DNA of 64,000 nucleotides from Candidatus Algichlamydia australiensis (GTDB lineage Bacteria; Chlamydiota; Chlamydiia; Chlamydiales; JAJFMI01): NCBI GenBank assembly GCA_033977065.1, contig JAXCHI010000002.1, positions 320,001 to 384,000 of the forward strand, read 5' to 3'. Shown piece by piece: positions 61,666 to 64,000 of this stretch (position 1 is its first letter; each line of letters starts with the position of its first letter). The notes under the pieces were generated by a model. It saw only the letters and a program-made list of their open reading frames with translations, ran no database searches and was not told where the DNA came from. The position numbers and the translations under genes were made by a program.

Positions 61666-63169
61666 AATCTGGTTTCTCCTCTTCGTAGTACTCTAGAGTT
61701 TGCTCAAGTTGAGAATTTTTTCGGTTGAAGTTATGGATTAACTCTTGCTGCGCAGTTACTCTTTCATGCTCTTGAGCCGTGTGGATGATTTGTGGGCGCA
61801 CAAAGATAAGAAGATTGCGCTTTTTCTCTTCTGTTACTGTTCTAGAGAAGGCGCGGCCGATCACAGGAAGTCCTCCAAGGCAGGGGAGTCCCGATTTACT
61901 TTTTACTTTATTTGTACGTGCCATTCCAGAGACAACAAGGAAGCATTTATCTGGTACGCATGTGCTTGTAACCATGTTTGCTTCTGATGTCTGTACTCCA
62001 GAGCCTGATATAGATGTTGGACTCGCTTGAGAAACGTCTTGAATGATATCTAGGGAAATAACATCGTCGTCGCCCAGTTTTGGCTTAATCTCAAGAGATA
62101 CACCTACTTTTTTATATTCAATATTTGAAGTAGTCTGCTGTGTACTTCCTATGGTCTGTGTTGTTGCTCCATTAAAAGGGATATTTTCCCCTTGGAAAAC
62201 ACGAGATGATCTGTTGTCTTGCGCCAAGATCTTTTGATTGAGAATAATGCTTGTATCAGACTCAGTTTGCAGCGCAGAAACAAGAGATCCAATAGAGAGG
62301 AAGGACTTTCCTTTATGAAAGATGAGATCACCAATAATACTTAGATCAAAACCTTTTCCGAAAGGAATGGATCTGCTACCACTTGCATGAGAGTTGCTGA
62401 AACCGGGGACACCGGAAGAGGAGCTTCCACTTCCTGAATATTTTCCATGACCCATTTTAGCACTCCACTCAAGTCCAAAGTCGAGGCTGTTGTTGAGGTC
62501 TGTCTCAATAACTAAGACCTCAATAAATACTTGTTTTAAAGGTATATCAAGCGTTTTGACGAGATTGATGAGCTGGTTTGTTGTATCAACGTCACCTTTA
62601 AAGAGTAGTGAATTTGTCGATTTCACATATTGCATATTGCGAATAGCTTTTGCAAGTTCGGGTGAACTCGCGTCATTGGCAAATTGCTTGATTGCTTCTT
62701 GGATCTCATGCCCGTCATGATATTGCAATTTGTAGGTGTGAAAGGAGTCTTCCCCATAAAAGCCGCAGGCTTGTGAGGGATCTGTACCATGGATGGCTTG
62801 TGAAATTCTTGCTAATTTTGCACGATGCTTTTCTCTTTGGTAGAAGGCTTTTTCCTCTTCAGTCATGCGGCAGATGGCGAGATACCCTTCGACGCCTGTT
62901 GTCTCAATTTGATAGCCGTGCTGAAAAAGAATATTGCTAAGAGCTGCTAAGATATCGCTCTTACTGCTTCCTTTTCCCGAAACAAGTGTGACTCTAAAAT
63001 TAAGATCACCCTCATTATAAGCAAAGTTTACGTTACAAATACGGCTGACAAAGTGGAGGAATTCACCTGCTGCAACATTATTAAAGTTAATGCGATGAAC
63101 GGGGCCCTCTTCACTAAATAGCGAGAGAGGAATGAGTAGAAAAAGAAACTTTTGAAACAGCCTTTTCAT
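61628..63169 (-). CDS. Outer-membrane secretin, short CdsC/SctC-like
   Basis: Signal peptide; N-domain INFNNV..FLHFVSRI..DLNFRVTLVS; YKLQY; LDIPLKQVFIEVLVIE; GLPCLGGLPVIGRAF; LLIFVRPQII. Confidence 0.85.
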   Translation of the reverse strand: MKRLFQKFLFLLIPLSLFSEEGPVHRINFNNVAAGEFLHFVSRICNVNFAYNEGDLNFRVTLVSGKGSSKSDILAALSNILFQHGYQIETTGVEGYLAICRMTEEEKAFYQREKHRAKLARISQAIHGTDPSQACGFYGEDSFHTYKLQYHDGHEIQEAIKQFANDASSPELAKAIRNMQYVKSTNSLLFKGDVDTTNQLINLVKTLDIPLKQVFIEVLVIETDLNNSLDFGLEWSAKMGHGKYSGSGSSSSGVPGFSNSHASGSRSIPFGKGFDLSIIGDLIFHKGKSFLSIGSLVSALQTESDTSIILNQKILAQDNRSSRVFQGENIPFNGATTQTIGSTQQTTSNIEYKKVGVSLEIKPKLGDDDVISLDIIQDVSQASPTSISGSGVQTSEANMVTSTCVPDKCFLVVSGMARTNKVKSKSGLPCLGGLPVIGRAFSRTVTEEKKRNLLIFVRPQIIHTAQEHERVTAQQELIHNFNRKNSQLEQTLEYYEEEKPDYDDYPAVTASTS

Positions 63170-63227
63170 GTTATTGCCAACCCTTTATGATGACAATTCT
63201 AACAGATGAAAAAGATCTTGTATAGCT

Positions 63228-64000
63228 CTATTTTTTTATTTCAAAAGTTTTTGTATAAAAATTGTATTCCTCTTCAAGCGCTCGCATGATGTTTTCACTT
63301 TTGCGAAAACCGTGCTGTTCACCTTCAAAAAGAATGTACTTGTAAGGAGTTCCGTTCTTTTCAAGTGCGTCAGCAACAGCTTCTGCTTGGTTAGGAGGAA
63401 CAATTTTGTCTTCATCACCTTGCAAAATTAGCAAGGGTGTCTGCAGCTCATCTACTCTGTGGATAGGAGAGCGTTCACGATAGAGCTCTTTTTTTTCAGG
63501 GTAGGGACCGATTAAGTTGTGATTGTAAAAATGTTCAAATTTATGGTTGCATGCGTCTAGAAGTTCCAAGTCGCAGATACCAAAAAGAGAGCATCCAGCA
63601 TGGAAATAGTTCTCAAAAGTTAAGGCTGCTATTGTTGTATAGCCTCCTGCGCTGCCTCCACGAATAGCGAGGCGATTTTCATCCGCTAAGCCTTGGTTAA
63701 CTAAATATTTGGCTCCTGCAATCGCATCTTGGACATCTACAATGCCCCAATTTCCATTAAGACGTTTGCGGTATTCACGTCCATAGCCTGTACTTCCACC
63801 GTAGTTCACATCGAGAACAGCGTAGCCACGAGTTGTCCAAAATTGTGTAACTAAACTAAAAATTGCGGGAGTCATCGAGGTAGGACCGCCGTGTATCCTT
63901 ACGATAAGAGGGGGTTTCTCGTTTTGAGGCGCTTTAAAATTAGGATTTTTAGGGGCATAGTAGAAGCCGTAGGCCTCCTTTCCTCCAGCAGTTGGGAAGG
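63228..64000 (-). CDS. S9 prolyl-oligopeptidase-family peptidase (5' end outside the window)
   Basis: Frame open to the window end (..PPLIVRIHGGPT); motifs NYGGSTGYG, GGSAGG, QGDEDKIV and EQHGF. Confidence 0.93.
   Translation of the reverse strand, partial: FPTAGGKEAYGFYYAPKNPNFKAPQNEKPPLIVRIHGGPTSMTPAIFSLVTQFWTTRGYAVLDVNYGGSTGYGREYRKRLNGNWGIVDVQDAIAGAKYLVNQGLADENRLAIRGGSAGGYTTIAALTFENYFHAGCSLFGICDLELLDACNHKFEHFYNHNLIGPYPEKKELYRERSPIHRVDELQTPLLILQGDEDKIVPPNQAEAVADALEKNGTPYKYILFEGEQHGFRKSENIMRALEEEYNFYTKTFEIKK

Overview
Chromosomal segment of an environmental Chlamydiae-like bacterium, inferred from the chlamydial-type DnaA N-terminus, the long YidC, the DUF721-gyrB-gyrA-tmk-holB and nusB-murB gene order, and a CdsC-like secretin. 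Core content includes partial dnaA, yidC, a classical menaquinone cluster (menG-F-D-B-A-C-E plus a thioesterase, with menH displaced), typA, the gyrase operon, dps, folC, tRNA-Val, infC-rpmI-rplT-pheS, tRNA-Ser, rlmD, slyD and ddl. The most unusual features are: (1) a tRNA-Ser locus followed by about 3.6 copies of a 165-bp unit carrying the tRNA 3' end split by a structured 77-nt insert, preceded by a pseudo-tRNA-Ser interrupted twice; (2) at least two families of 150-170-bp palindromic MITE/RPE-like elements, one with covarying stems and one with perfect TIRs and a 10-bp target duplication, plus a pseudoknot-capable hairpin; (3) a six-gene AT-rich biosynthetic operon of unknown product next to the tRNA; (4) an intact but catalytically eroded ThrRS paralog at the ancestral thrS position; (5) a microhomology-mediated duplication inside the men cluster; and (6) several candidate host-directed proteins (membrane J-domain, atypical Fic/Doc, VNTR coiled-coil). 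All family assignments come from motif recognition by eye; no database searches were run.
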